A stretch of DNA of 64,000 bases. It comes from Octopus vulgaris (Eukaryota). Under the pieces are notes generated by a model that was not told the DNA's origin, did not search any database, and saw nothing but the letters and a program-made list of their open reading frames with translations. The position numbers and the translations under genes are program-made. Positions 39,904-52,566 of the stretch are shown in pieces. The stretch lies in the NCBI GenBank assembly GCA_951406725.2, contig OX597820.1:71114001-71178000 (forward strand), in the 5' to 3' direction. Each line of letters begins with the position of its first letter. Within the stretch, counting starts at the first letter, position 1.

Positions 39904-41721
39904 TTCATCATACAATGCATATCACTGTATCTTTTTGTTGCTGCTTTCCTGAAACAGCTGTAAAGATCACTCTTAAATTTTCTATGAACTATTTTCTTAC
40001 TTTCTTAATTATATTTGTCTAACTTATTTGTAAGTACTTTGGTAACATAACTAATTGCCTATCTATCGTGTATCTTATCTTTATTTTCATTAGCTCCACC
40101 GGTGTGTTTCCTACAACGAAACAGAGTAACGTATTCAGTGTAGTACTCAATTGTTTGTACCATACATGAGAATCGCGAACAATTAGAGACAAATACAGCT
40201 GTTTTTTTTTTTTTCATAAGAACATAAATAAGAAAAAAAATGAAATAGTGATCCCCCCAACAAAGAATCGAAACTCATTTGTGGAGCTAAGAACAGTCGC
40301 ACTGCAGTGTTCGCTGGTGCGCAATAAGCTAATAACATTTTTAAAACGAAACTAATCTTGTAAACTGTCGACGAACATAATCAAAACAAACTTCTCCCTT
40401 CTGTATTCTCATTCACTGATTTATTTATTTTAAAGTAAAAGTTTTAGTTGGTTTGTTTTATGTTTCCTTCTTAGTTAAAAGCTTTCTTCATATAAACTGA
40501 TTTTTAACTTGGTTATTATCCTTTAATTCCATTTTAAAAAGCAAGGAAACGTAAGTCCTATTTTTCACTCAAAAAATATTGCTAAATATATTAGATTTCC
40601 AAAGAACTTAACTAAACTACGAAGATTTCACTTAACCATTTTTATTTCACTGCTTCCTTCCTTCCTTCTCAACATTTTCTGGAATATGCATACAACACGA
40701 CAAAAAGCTTCTTATTGTGAGGTTGTTTAGCCCTATTGTCAGTCGTAATCGAGTAGATGTACAAAGAAGTTCCTGTTATAATCATCTCATTCTTTTTGTA
40801 GGTACATCAAGATCTACATTACCTAACGTATCCTTCCTGTTTTCTTTGCTTTTCTTTAAGACGATGAGTTGAGAGATTTAGCTGTTATTTCTAGCAAGTT
40901 CAGCTCAGCATTATTAAAGTATCTAGTATTTTTCACTTCGTTCCTTAAAATTTGAGAACCAGAAGAGAGGGTGATCTGAAATCAATATTATACCATATAG
41001 ATCTGTGATCAATTCTTAGCCAAAACGTAACGAAATCCCAGCTAGAAACGTTCCATTTCCTTTATTAATAACATATAGCCAATATCCGTAGCACGTTCCC
41101 ATAAAATAAATAAATTAAAGTTTAAAATCAGGATTGAAATGTTACTCCAGCGGTACAGTTGTTCTAATCGGAGTCAAGAAAACGGAAAGAGGCCTTTATA
41201 GTCTTTCGACTTGCTAAAAACAACAGCTAAAATTTCCGTTTCATCACAAACTACTCTTAAATATGACAAGACCACATTAGATAATAGAGCAAAATATAAC
41301 CTTAGCAAGATAGGATGGTCACGTCTGGAGTACGTTTACTCATAACTATTCGAAAATCCAATCACCCCTTACTTTACAAAAGGTACCTTGATGTTGCTGC
41401 TGTTATTATCATTTAACACCAGGTCAACCCTGAAAGATCAGACTTAAAATTCGATTCATCGAAAAGAGAAAGTGATCAAATATTTGGCAGAAATTATTCA
41501 ATTTCACGAGTGAGTGAGTGGAGAAATTTTTGTTGTCTTATAGGAATATGCGAATGAGCTTTCACCAAAAATCAATATTAGTATGTTTTTGATAAACAAA
41601 TTACGAAATGAATGAAGGAAACAAACTATTTCCTTCCTACAACATACATTGCACTAGTTAAATACGCTTGTTCTCGACTGATTACAGCATATATTTAGCA
41701 TGTAGCCACACAATTGTTTAC

Positions 41722-41814
41722 CTTTAAAGATGTTATGGTTGCTTGTTTCATACGTCTATCAGAAGAGGTAGCGTGGCTATCGCATCTAGGTACCTTGACA
41801 ATATATTTGTCCAT
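41722..41814 (-). CDS. TCEANC2: First coding exon of TCEANC2 (transcription elongation factor A N-terminal and central domain-containing protein 2)
   Basis: ATG at 41814-41812, 31 codons MDKYIVKVPRCDSHATSSDRRMKQATITSLK, then phase-0 donor AAG|GTAAAC. Matches the recalled vertebrate N-terminus MDKFVIRTPR...KQATIESLK. Confidence 0.85.
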
Positions 41815-41930
41815 ATTTCTTATCTTCCATACATCCGTAAAAGCAAAGCAATCAAACGGTGAGACGTAAAGAAAAGCACGCGGCTTCCGTTTACACGCGC
41901 GGTACAATTATGTTTGTGTGTATGCGCCCG
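41815..41930 (-). promoter_or_regulatory. Putative TCEANC2 5' UTR / core promoter
   Basis: Dense CpG cluster GCACGCGGCTTCCGTTTACACGCGCGG with an ETS-like CGGAAG on the minus strand, just upstream of the ATG in an otherwise CpG-poor window. Confidence 0.55.
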
Positions 41931-42489
41931 TATGTATGTGTGTAAGTTTAACTAGATCAACACTTGAAAGATGCAGCAGACACAATATATAAGTATATAT
42001 TACTTACACACATACATATATTTCATGTCTATATATATCATCATCATCATCATTTAACGTCCGTTTTCCATACTGACATAGATTAGACATGTATATATAT
42101 TATATATAACGGCGGACATCAGTAATATATATATATATATATATAGCATTCTTTCGTTATGAGTATATATATATATATATATGTCTTTTACTTGTTTCAG
42201 TAATTAGATTACAGTCATGCTGGGGCACTGCCTTGAAGAATTTTTTCTTTTTTTTTAAAGCCTGGTCATTAAGTTACGGGGACGTAAACACAACACCGGT
42301 TGTCAAGTGGTGTTGGGGGACATCCTCAGACACAAAGACCGGCGCGGGTTCACTCTTCTTCATGATTACCGACATATTCACACGCTCACACATATATTTA
42401 TAGCTGAAGACACTTTTACCCAAGGTGTCAAGCAGTAGGACTGAACCTGGAGCCATGTGGTTTGGAAGTAAACTTCATACTTCACAGCT

Positions 42490-42776
42490 TAGCCAGGCTC
42501 ATGCGCCTGGTTTCCCGGTTTCTGTGGCGTATGTTTTCCACACACACACACACAGCTGGACGGGACGCCAGTCCATCGCAGCGTTACTCAAGAAACAGGA
42601 AGAAAGAGTGAGAGAAAGTTGGGGTGAAAAAGTACAACAGGGGTCGCCACCACCACCCCCTGCCGGAGCCTCATGGAGCTTTAGGTGTTTTCGCTCAATA
42701 AACACACACGACGCCCGGTCTGGGAATTGAAACCGCGTGTCCGCTGCCCTAACCACTGGGCCATTGCGCCTCCACA
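42490..42776 (-). mobile_element. Second tRNA-derived SINE family
   Basis: Head GGAGGCGCAATGGCCCAGTGGTTAGG...GGTTTCAATTCC; 3' part GCGATGGACTGGCGTCCCGTCCAG...CATGAGCCTGGCT shared with 53685-53922. Confidence 0.85.
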
Positions 42777-43019
42777 CGCCTGATATATATACACAGATAT
42801 ATTACACCCATCCACATATATATGTATGCATTACACACACACGCATATATGTAGTACACATACACACGTGTGTGTGTAGTGTAGTTTATTTGTTTATGGC
42901 AGCCCATCCAAGACATTCAGTTTCAAAAAGTTCTATCTAGCATCACAAACGGACTTCCATGCCTTCTGATAAATAGCCAGTGGTTCCAACCAATTGAGAG
43001 GGACACCACATAAAATGAG

Positions 43020-43760
43020 AGACTGCTTGAGATGATTATGAAGTGTGGTGTTTAAAGGGAGCTATCATTCACCCTATGTCCTCATGAAGTACAGCAGTCC
43101 ATGTTTGACTAGACTAGAGCATTCATTTTTCCTTTCCCTGTAGAAACAATGCTTTCAAATGGTCAGGAGGTCCATCTGTTGCCAGCACCCTCTGGAAGAC
43201 AAGCTCGGCATGCCACAGCTGCAAATGTCCAAAGACATGCTGTGGCTATGCCACTTAGAGATTTTCCTTGATGGTGAGCTGGTGTAACCTCCATTTATAA
43301 AACGCTCCTTACTGTAGCTCATCTCTTTGATAGAGCTACAATCCTAGGTCAAAAAAAGACCAAGATTGAGTGCTTGGCATCTGGAATGTCATCAGGCACT
43401 CATTGCCCTCTACCAATGAGGAAATGCAGTTGATGGAAATTCTACATTAGCAACATATAGAAATCTAGTGGTGGGTAAGAGCAATGATAGTATTAAGGAA
43501 ACTAAGTTTCAACAAGGATGAACTAGGTTTCCAGAGGACTTTCAGGCCAGGTACTACCATGGGTACCTTCCAGAAATCCCTGGGGAGCATTACTGGTTTG
43601 AGAAAAACTCTACAGGTATTGAAGTGCTGCCAGACAGGACTGTCTGAGATGCAAGTAGAGCAATAAAGCTGTTCTACATGCATTCATTCAGTGTCCAAGT
43701 ATTACTGACATAACAACAGCTGTTAGCACATGTGACATAATCTGACTATCAGCCAAGTCC
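43020..43760 (+). mobile_element. Highly degenerate non-LTR retrotransposon RT fragment
   Basis: GC-richer, coding-like texture with broken RT C-terminal-like motifs; clade not assignable by eye. Confidence 0.35.
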
Positions 43761-43779
43761 ATTGTGAAGATTGCTCCAT

Positions 43780-44110
43780 TGCCCACCTTTACCAAAGGAG
43801 GGCAGACAGATTTCTTCTGTTTAGTGGCTATGACAAAAGAGATTGTGTGGTGGACAAGGCTGAAAGAATTGAGGGAAGACATCTTCCAGGAAAGTGAGGG
43901 GGAGAAGGAAGTGCTACCACCTAATGAATTTGTGGACAGATGGATGATTGTGACAAAAATAGGGTGAAAGCATTAATCTAAGTATGTGCCTGTAGATTGG
44001 AGAACAACATTTGGGAGAGGGCTTATTCCTTTGCTGGTCAGAGTAATCCTGGATCTCTGGGGTTCTTTGATTGGAGCAGTGAAAATTGGTAAAGCATTCT
44101 CCATTTGAGC
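43780..44110 (+). mobile_element. Tx1/L1-like LINE 3' fragment (related piece at 49190-49410)
   Basis: VAMTKEIVWWTRLK...LPPNEFVDRW resembles the L1/Tx1 ORF2 C-terminal 'K..IW..R' region. Confidence 0.5.
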
Positions 44111-45803
44111 TACTTGGGTGAACATATGCACATGGCCACATATACATATGGATCACATATACATAAACAGTAATGAAACATACACACTCGTGTTCTGTTG
44201 TGACATGCACACCCATAAGGGCAAGTACTCAACATGCACACATATATGCTTGCATCAACCAATTCAGATAATCTCAAACCCGAAGCGCTGTCTTGACTTA
44301 AACAAAAGAGCTTTGCCACTATGTTAGAAACTGGCTTGACTGCTGTAAAGGAAAAAAACTGAAAATATATCCCAAAGAAAACATATGTATATATATGTAT
44401 ATATATATATATATATATGTATGTATGCATATATATATATATATATATATGCATGTGTGTGTTATGATATATATGTATATCTGTATGTACATATGTATGT
44501 AAATATATGAATGTGTATGTACATATATACATATACACAAAGACACACACTCACACATTTCAATGTATGTGCTTGTGTCGATAAAATATTGGTAATATTT
44601 GCTAATTTTCTCCATACATGACATGTATCTGCTTGTTCCTGTTTCCATGGAAGTATGTTGGTGATTCTTTTCTAATCTAATAAAATATTTCCTACGTTTA
44701 TTGAATTTTTAACATCAGACTACTTTCATGGTTTACTGATCGTTAAAAATCATGCAAACATTTCTGAATGTTTAAATAGATCGAATTTATTTATTTATCT
44801 ATTTATTCATTTATTTATTATGTATGAAAGTATAATATGCGAATGGGAGATTGTTGTAGAATTACAATCCAAGGAATGGTTTGGGTTTTTTTATCTCTCT
44901 GTTTGAAATAAATATATAAATGCCCCTTTAATGTTAAGCGTTATATAAATTAATAAACGTTTACATAAGATGAAAAATATTGTAATTCTTATTATTATGA
45001 GTTAATTCATCTTTAAAACTTTTCCGAATTATTTCCATTTTCTCCCTTTTATAAGTTTGAGATGAATCGAAATATATTATTTATAGGGAAATTAGTGAAA
45101 AGATACCGTTTATTTAATTAAATGGAAGCTGAAGAATAGGGAGAATAATTTTGATATTCTTGTATTATAATAATTGTCAGAATTATTTAAAATGTTTGTG
45201 TATTTTTCTGTTTGTTTCCAATAACATCGGGATAACAATGTAGAGAACTGCATCTAAGATTTGTAAAGGATATTGTATATAGATGACACTGACTCAAAAT
45301 GATTGTAATTTGAAGCAAAATCAAAGTGGGGAAATGAATACGATGAAGAGAATATTAAACCCAAATTATTAATTATTGAAATAACATAATAAAAATAGAA
45401 CTAAATAGCAGATGATGTCAGTATAATGGCAGAAAGTAAATATTTTTTTCCTACATGTCACTTCATGAAAATCATGAAGAAAATCACAAAATCATGAAAA
45501 TAATCACAAAATTACAGAAATAAAAATATAAAATTTAAAACCTTTGAATCTAGTATGAAATCAGAAGTTAAAAATTGTAAAAAGAAATCCTTTCACGAAT
45601 TCTTTTATCTTAACACCATGCTGTGTGTATGGTAGATTTATGTCAGCCAGCATTTTAATTCACCTGCAATATCCATTTTCTATGGAAGTATGTCATCACT
45701 TAACAAGTTTTATCTTAAGAAATGCCAAATGCTTATTTTCATCATTAACAGTTGGAAATGTTGTCATTGTTCAGCTCCACTAATTGAAAATTAAATTGCA
45801 ATT

Positions 45804-45858
<55 letters not shown>

Positions 45859-46025
45859 TATACACATACATGGTGAGAAAGAGAGAGAGATACGTATGCA
45901 TATATATGTAAATAGACAGACACAAACTCATAGAGAGAGATATACATGTGTGTATACATGTATATATACATATATACCTATATATTTATATATGTATGTG
46001 TACATATACATGTATATATGTATGT

Positions 46026-46056
<31 letters not shown>

Positions 46057-46994
46057 AATGTCTATATACATACACACCCACAGATACGCAGTTATGCTTA
46101 TGGAAATAAAAATTACTCTTTCATAAAAATATCTAACAATGATAACAGAAATATAAGATAAAAGAAAACTTAATTTTTGAAATAAAATTATAAAATGCAC
46201 AACTAAAATTCATTTATCAATTATTTTATGTCAAGGGTATTTTTTTTTATTTTTAAAGAGAATTTTTTTAGCTGTCATTGCTATTGCACACTATCATTTT
46301 AAATGCTTCAGGTTTCTTACATCATACAATAATGAGTATATCATTAAAGAGAATATTTTTCAAGAATGTATCACTAGAATATTAATGTTTAAAAGGAAGG
46401 ATGACTTATATCAGAAAATAAGAAGATTATTACTGGAACCAAATAGTGGAAGTTGTTTAAAGGAAGCATTACTGCTCTTAAGGTAGCTTTCTGGATGAGA
46501 AGCACTGCAGATAAGTAAAGTGGGAGGAAAAAACTTATATCTATTTATAATTAAATACAGAATGTGAGGTTTCAAGAATGGAGAATGAAAAGCTATAACA
46601 TTGAAGCCTTTCTTAAGAGTATTAGGAAGTGGAATTATTCCAAATAGGAATCAAAGCTGAATGCTAACTTGGCTCAACTGGAGGCTGATATTATTCCATG
46701 GTAATCACCCAATAATAAAACTAATCTTATAAGAAGAGGTTTTATACTGCTAGTGAAATCTCTACAATGTTGACTAGTATTGTTTATCTTTAAATACAAA
46801 ATTTCAGCTCGTTTTTTTTTTTTTTTTTTGTAGGATGGGGAGTAAAAATATACTTTTGTCAAAAATCTAAGAGACGGACCAAAAAGCAAATGGTATTAAG
46901 AACATAGAACATAAAAATTCCAGTGTGAAGCTGAATTCTAAGGGTTGTCAAAGAGACCACCTATATATATATATAATATATATATAGATACCAG

Positions 46995-47420
46995 AGTGGC
47001 TTGCTTACCAACCACATGGTCCTCGGTTCAGTCCCACTGCGTGGCACCTTGGACAAGTGCCTTCTACTATAGCCTCGGGTCGACCAAAGCCTAGTGGGTG
47101 GATTTGGTAGATGGAAACTGGAAGAAGCCCGTTTATATGTATATATATGTGTGTGTGTGTATATGTTTGTATATGTTTGTGAAAGAAGCCTGTCGTATAT
47201 ATATGTGTGTATATATGTATGTGTTTGTTGTTTAGTTGTTTGTGTCTGTGTTTGTCCCCTCCCCGCTCACGATCACTTGACAACTGATGGTAGTGTGTTT
47301 ACGTCCCTGTAACTTAGCAGTTTGGCTTACAAAGAATTAGCTCTGGGGTCAATTTGCTTGACTAAAGGCGGTGCTCCAGTATGGTCGCAGTCAGATGACT
47401 GAAACAAGTAAAAGTAAAAG
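46995..47420 (+). mobile_element. tRNA-derived SINE (dominant family, rearranged)
   Basis: Homology to 16603-17020. Confidence 0.85.
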
Positions 47421-47576
47421 AATATATATGTGTGTGTGTATGTGTGTGTATATATATATGTATATATATATTTATATACTGTGAAAATTATAAGGGTAAA
47501 CAATTTAGAAAAATTTTCATACTGGTGGCTAGCGTGCATAATAAATGTCAATAGACAACATATTATCATATATAAG

Positions 47577-47828
47577 AGTGTATAAGTATTTATACACAGA
47601 GAGGTGACTCTTGATAGAACACCTTACATGCTAGAAAGGGCAGCCAAACCCAGGCAGCAAAAATAAAGTAATTCCAAAGAGAATGAAAACAAAAATTATT
47701 TATAGTTAATTTTTGTTTTCATTCTCTTTGGAATTACTTTTTTTGTGCGGTTTGGGTTTGGCTGCCCTTTCTATCATGTAAGGCGTCCTATCAAGGGTCA
47801 CCTCTCTGTGTATAAATACTTATACACT
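47577..47828. repeat. Foldback palindrome, ~120-bp arms
   Basis: 47577-47698 is the reverse complement of 47707-47828; TA-rich centre and flanks. Confidence 0.85.
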
Positions 47829-47831
47829 ACA

Positions 47832-47870
<39 letters not shown>

Positions 47871-48158
47871 GGTGGCAGACTGGGTCTAAAATATTGGCTG
47901 CCAGAAGACTACTGCAACTACAATGGTATCATTTATTTATTTATTTATTTATTTGTTTAAAGTATTCTTTTCAACTGTCTACAAACACAGCCAGGCTGAA
48001 ATAATTAATGCATTCTTCCAGGAGTGAATAAGAAATTCTCAAACTTGAAGGGATGGGCCCCTTAGATACAAACATACCCCCCCCCCATATATGGATTCTA
48101 ATAGCACAGGAGTCTACTTGTCATCAGGTAAGCTGGCAACCTGTCCAGTTCACCACTG

Positions 48159-48191
<33 letters not shown>

Positions 48192-49990
48192 TGCCAGCCT
48201 CGTCTGGTACCTGTGTCGGTGGCATGTAAAAAGCACCCACTACACTCATGAAGTGGTTGGCGTTAGGAAGGGCATCCAGCTGTAGAAACATTGCCAGATC
48301 AGACTGGGCCTGGAGCAGCCTTCTGGCTCCCCAGACCCCAGTTGAACCATCCAACCCATGCTAGCATGGAAAGCGGACACTATATGATGATGATGATGAT
48401 GATAATAATACTCAATTTTGAGGGATTAATCGATATGTGGGTATTCTATTTCAGAACATAATGAGTATATCTGACAATAAATTCATGGTATCAGTTTGCA
48501 CATCATGAAATAATACTTAAAGGATATAACCAAAATTTCCAGCTGGGTATATGATGTACTTCATTAATCATATCATACTTTTGTTAATAGTTATATTTAT
48601 TAAATATGAAGGAACTACACGTGTTTCAGTATTGGAAACATGTGCTTGTGCCACTTGAAAACACCTGCGCTTGTGCCACTTGAAAAGCACCTGTGCTGGC
48701 ATCATATAAAAATTCTTGTACTGGTGCCACATAAGAAGCACCCAGGACACTCTGTAAAGTGGTCAGCATTAGGAAGAGTGACCAGCTACAGAAACCATGC
48801 CAAAACAGACAATTGGAACTTGGTGCAGCTCTCCAGCTTGTCACCTCCTTGTTAAATCATCCAATCCATGCCACTTCATGGAAAACAGACATTAAATGAT
48901 GATAATGATGATGGTGACGACGACGACGATGATATATATTGATAAAAGTATAAACAAGAGATACTGGATTGAACACACAAGCTTATTGCATAATGCTACA
49001 ACTGTTTCATCTTCACTTTATCTGCAGATATTTGTCAAAATGTTATTATATAATATATTAAATATATCACAATGTCTCAGTATTATTTCAGCATCATTGG
49101 TAGGTGAAAGTTTCTGAGATATGAGTCTGCAATATAATATATTTAATATATATTAGTTTCAGATTTTGACACAGCAGAGACTGAGGTTAGCTGGACTCAC
49201 TCACCATCATTCAGAGCTGAAACTGTACTCAGTGCTCCTGTGGGAGCCTCTACACAGACCACACTTGAAGAGGAAGACTGAGGGTGACATATCTTGTTGC
49301 CCTAAGGACAGACACTGGTCCTTGGGAGACACAGGACATGGCAGCGATGATGAGGGACAAAGACCACTAGAGAGAACTTATCCATGGATCTCAAGAATTT
49401 TTACCTACCCTTTATAGACAGATTTTGGCACTAGGCCAGTAATTTTGGGGGTGGGGAGTTAATTTCATCAATCCTAGTGCTCAGTTACTGCTCATTTTGA
49501 TGACCCTGAAAGGATTTAAGGCCAAGAAGACCTCTGGGTGGAATACGAACTCAGAGTGTAAAATCAGACTAAATGCTGTTAAGCATTGTGCCTGGCTTAT
49601 AAATGATTCTGCAAGCTTGCCACCTTAGTATATTTAATATATTACATAATATTTCAGCAAATAACTGTTGGTAAAGTGAAGATGAAACAATCATAGTGTT
49701 ATGTAACAAATTGTGTTTGCTCAATCCAATCTCTCTAGCTTACACTTTTGAGTTTATATTCTATGGATGTTCAGGGATTTCTGGATGTTTCTTCAGTAAT
49801 GTGATCTGTTTATATTGTGAAATTGCACCTGACATCCAATACCTGTATACAGGCTTCATAAAGCAAATTACTATGTCTATACACAAATTAAATTTATATA
49901 TATATAAATATAATGTGTCTTGAATGGCACAACAATGCAGAGTGGACTATAATAACTGTTATAATTTAATTATCCATAGTCTGATATTAT

Positions 49991-50028
49991 AATAGTATTT
50001 CGGAATACAAAAATTCCTTCTTCAGATT
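49991..50028 (-). ncRNA. Hammerhead copy with U16.1-to-C change (probably inactive)
   Basis: Minus strand: AAU-CUGAAGA-A-GGAAU-uuuugu-AUUCC-GAAA-UACU-AUU. Confidence 0.55.
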
Positions 50029-50414
50029 TCTATAGGAATTGATCGAGTCACTACTATAATTGGCTTACCAACTGTTACTGAATTTTTTTTTTTTTATCAG
50101 AAGTGTCTCTGCAGTGGTCTCACAAAGCTCCTTCTGGAATTCCTTATGAGAAGTGCACAAGGGTGGCCATGTCTCAAGCTCCTTGGCACATCCACAGTGC
50201 TGCTTCTAAGTTATGTATTATATATACATAACTTAGAAGCAGTGCTGCAGATGTGCCAACACATGCAAGCTTGAGATATGGCTGCCCTCATGCCCTTCTC
50301 ATGAGGAATTCCAGAAGGAGCTTCACGAGACCACTGCAGAGGCGCTTCCGGAAAAAAAAATTCAGTAACAGTTGGAAAACTGATTATAGCAGTAATTCAA
50401 TAAATTCTTATCGA

Positions 50415-50452
50415 AATCTGAAGAAGGAATTTTTGTATTCCGAAATATTATT
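50415..50452 (+). ncRNA. Type I minimal hammerhead ribozyme
   Basis: AAT-CTGAAGA(50418-24)-A-GGAAT-ttttgt-ATTCC-GAAA(50442-45)-TATT-ATT. Palindromic AAUAUU mini stem III and 3-bp stem I. Confidence 0.7.
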
Positions 50453-50576
50453 ATTATATCAGACTATGGATAATTAAATTATAAGAGTTTTTATAGTCCA
50501 CTTTGCATTGCTGTGCCATTCAAGACACATTATAATTTACAAACAATACACAATGCTTCAAGTGAACTAACAATAT

Positions 50577-50613
<37 letters not shown>

Positions 50614-50617
<4 letters not shown>

Positions 50618-51183
50618 GTGGTGGGTAAAAGTAGGTATATAGTTGCTTAGTATGACTGAAATGTTCTTTTCATTTCTTTATTTCTTTTTTAGGAAAAGAA
50701 TTCTATGATTTTATGTTTTTTTAACTAATTCTTTCTGTAATATAATAATTATTTCTAATTTCAGATGTGTATTATATGACTGGAAATTTGATCAATGATG
50801 AATGAAAGTGGATCATCAAGCAATACTAGACAACAGAGAATGCAGAAATGGTTAGACAGAAATGGACTGAAGAATTTCAAAAACCAGCTCTGTCAAGATT
50901 AATATTTGCCAAAATATGAGACAAATTGGACCAGATTGGATCCCTCTGCAATGCATAGAAAGGTGGTTGATCAGTCAATGTGACCATGGAAAATGAAATG
51001 CTTATGGCTCAAGTATTCACTCAAAGTCCCCAGAAATCAAAAGAAGGCTTCCAATGAACTAGGCATCTCACACATATTCCTTAGTCAACTTACAAATCAC
51101 CCAGGTTTAATGAAGAAATAAAGAAATGAAAAGAAAATTCCACTCATATTAAGCAACTGTATAACTATATTTGCCAACCCCTG
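50614..51183 (+). mobile_element. Non-autonomous Tc1/mariner deletion derivative
   Basis: TA flanks; imperfect TIRs ending TAGTTGCTT and AAGCAACTG...CCCCTG. Internal KWIIKQY*TTENAEMVRQKWTEEFQKPALSRL resembles the N-terminal HTH (DUF4817-like) of these transposases. Confidence 0.75.
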
Positions 51184-52297
51184 TATGCATTATTGCTTAG
51201 TCAGGAAGGACACTGTTCAAAGTACTGTATTTTCTTTAAGGGCCTTAAAACTATCAGAAGAAAGAGAGGAAGTTATTCTCAAACTGAAGACCTGCCTCAA
51301 ATTCCTGCAACAATGTTCATTCCATTAAAGGTACCTAAGGATAAAATTAAGTGTACCAGCTAAGAACCCAACATAAAAGGCCAGAACAAATACCCACAAG
51401 TTGTTTGTCTGACACAGACCTTCAGCATTTAAGCTGGCCAGATCTAGCCCAAATATTCCTACTGTTTTGTGTTCAAACCAGCCAGAACAGCCTCTCATGC
51501 CTCCCCTACAATGTTATTCTAAAAATAAACATTGACATCATCAAAACCAACAAGATAATGTATAATTACTTCAAAACAACATAAATATATAAGCATTCCA
51601 TTTGACAGAGTAATCTGAATGCTAAAGGGTTAATAGTTCCTCCAATCTGCTATCATAAACTGTATTTTATTTTATTAATATCCTCCACCTAAAAGCATTA
51701 AAAGACAACGGCAACTTTGGTGGAATGTGAACTCAGAATTCAGAGACCCAAAGCAAATACCACAAACCATTTTAATTCTATGCTCTAACATCATCATCAT
51801 CATCATTTAATGTCCGTTTTCCATGCTAGCATGGGTTGGATGATTTGACTGAGGACTGGCAAACCAGATGGCTGCACCAGGCTCTGTGTTAATTCAATGC
51901 TTTGAAAAAATGTACCTTAATATATTAAAATTTATAGATTCACTGGAATTTTGATTCACCGGAATTTTGAGAAATAATTAAAAGACAACTATATAAAGAG
52001 CTCACATAAGAGCAGTGGTGCATCTCAGGGCAGCCAGGGCAGCCCTAGAGTTTGCTTCCACCCATCAGGCCCTGAAACCTTTACAAGTTTATATAGCAGA
52101 CCATAAAAATGTTGCCCAGAGTAAACTGCACCACCCCACTATCAGCTACACCAATGCATAAGAGATTTTCCTGCCAAAACAAGAAGCTTTCCTAATTAAA
52201 ATCCTAATTTTCTTGAATACTCATAGAACTAATCTTAATATACTTCGATTTGGGATTTGGTTTGCAAGATTCTTTCTGTGAGTTCGTGTGTTGAAGC

Positions 52298-52566
52298 ATA
52301 TTTTGTTGTGTCTGGGGAGAGTCATTCTCTTTCAGTGCCTTATTATTTAACACACTCACTGGTCTGATTTTCACTCATTTACTTACTTATTTTTACTAAA
52401 CTTTTCGCTGCTTTTTGCAACCTTTTCAATAGTCTATTAAAAAGGTTGCAAGATGCAACAAAAATTTTAGGAAAAAAAAAAGTAAATGAGTGGAAACTTT
52501 ACCAGTGAGTGTGTTAAATAATAAGGCACTGAAAGAGAATGACTCTCCCCAGACACAACAAAATAT
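52298..52566. repeat. Foldback palindrome, ~135-bp arms, centre 52433
   Basis: ATATTTTGTTGTGTCTGGGGAGAGTCATTCTC... is mirrored by ...GAGAATGACTCTCCCCAGACACAACAAAATAT. Confidence 0.85.

Larger units (their letters stand above)
49910..50533. mobile_element. Large diverged palindrome (~305-bp arms) carrying two hammerhead copies
   Basis: Centre ~50221 in a short TA stretch; the arms align as reverse complements with scattered mismatches. Confidence 0.85.
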
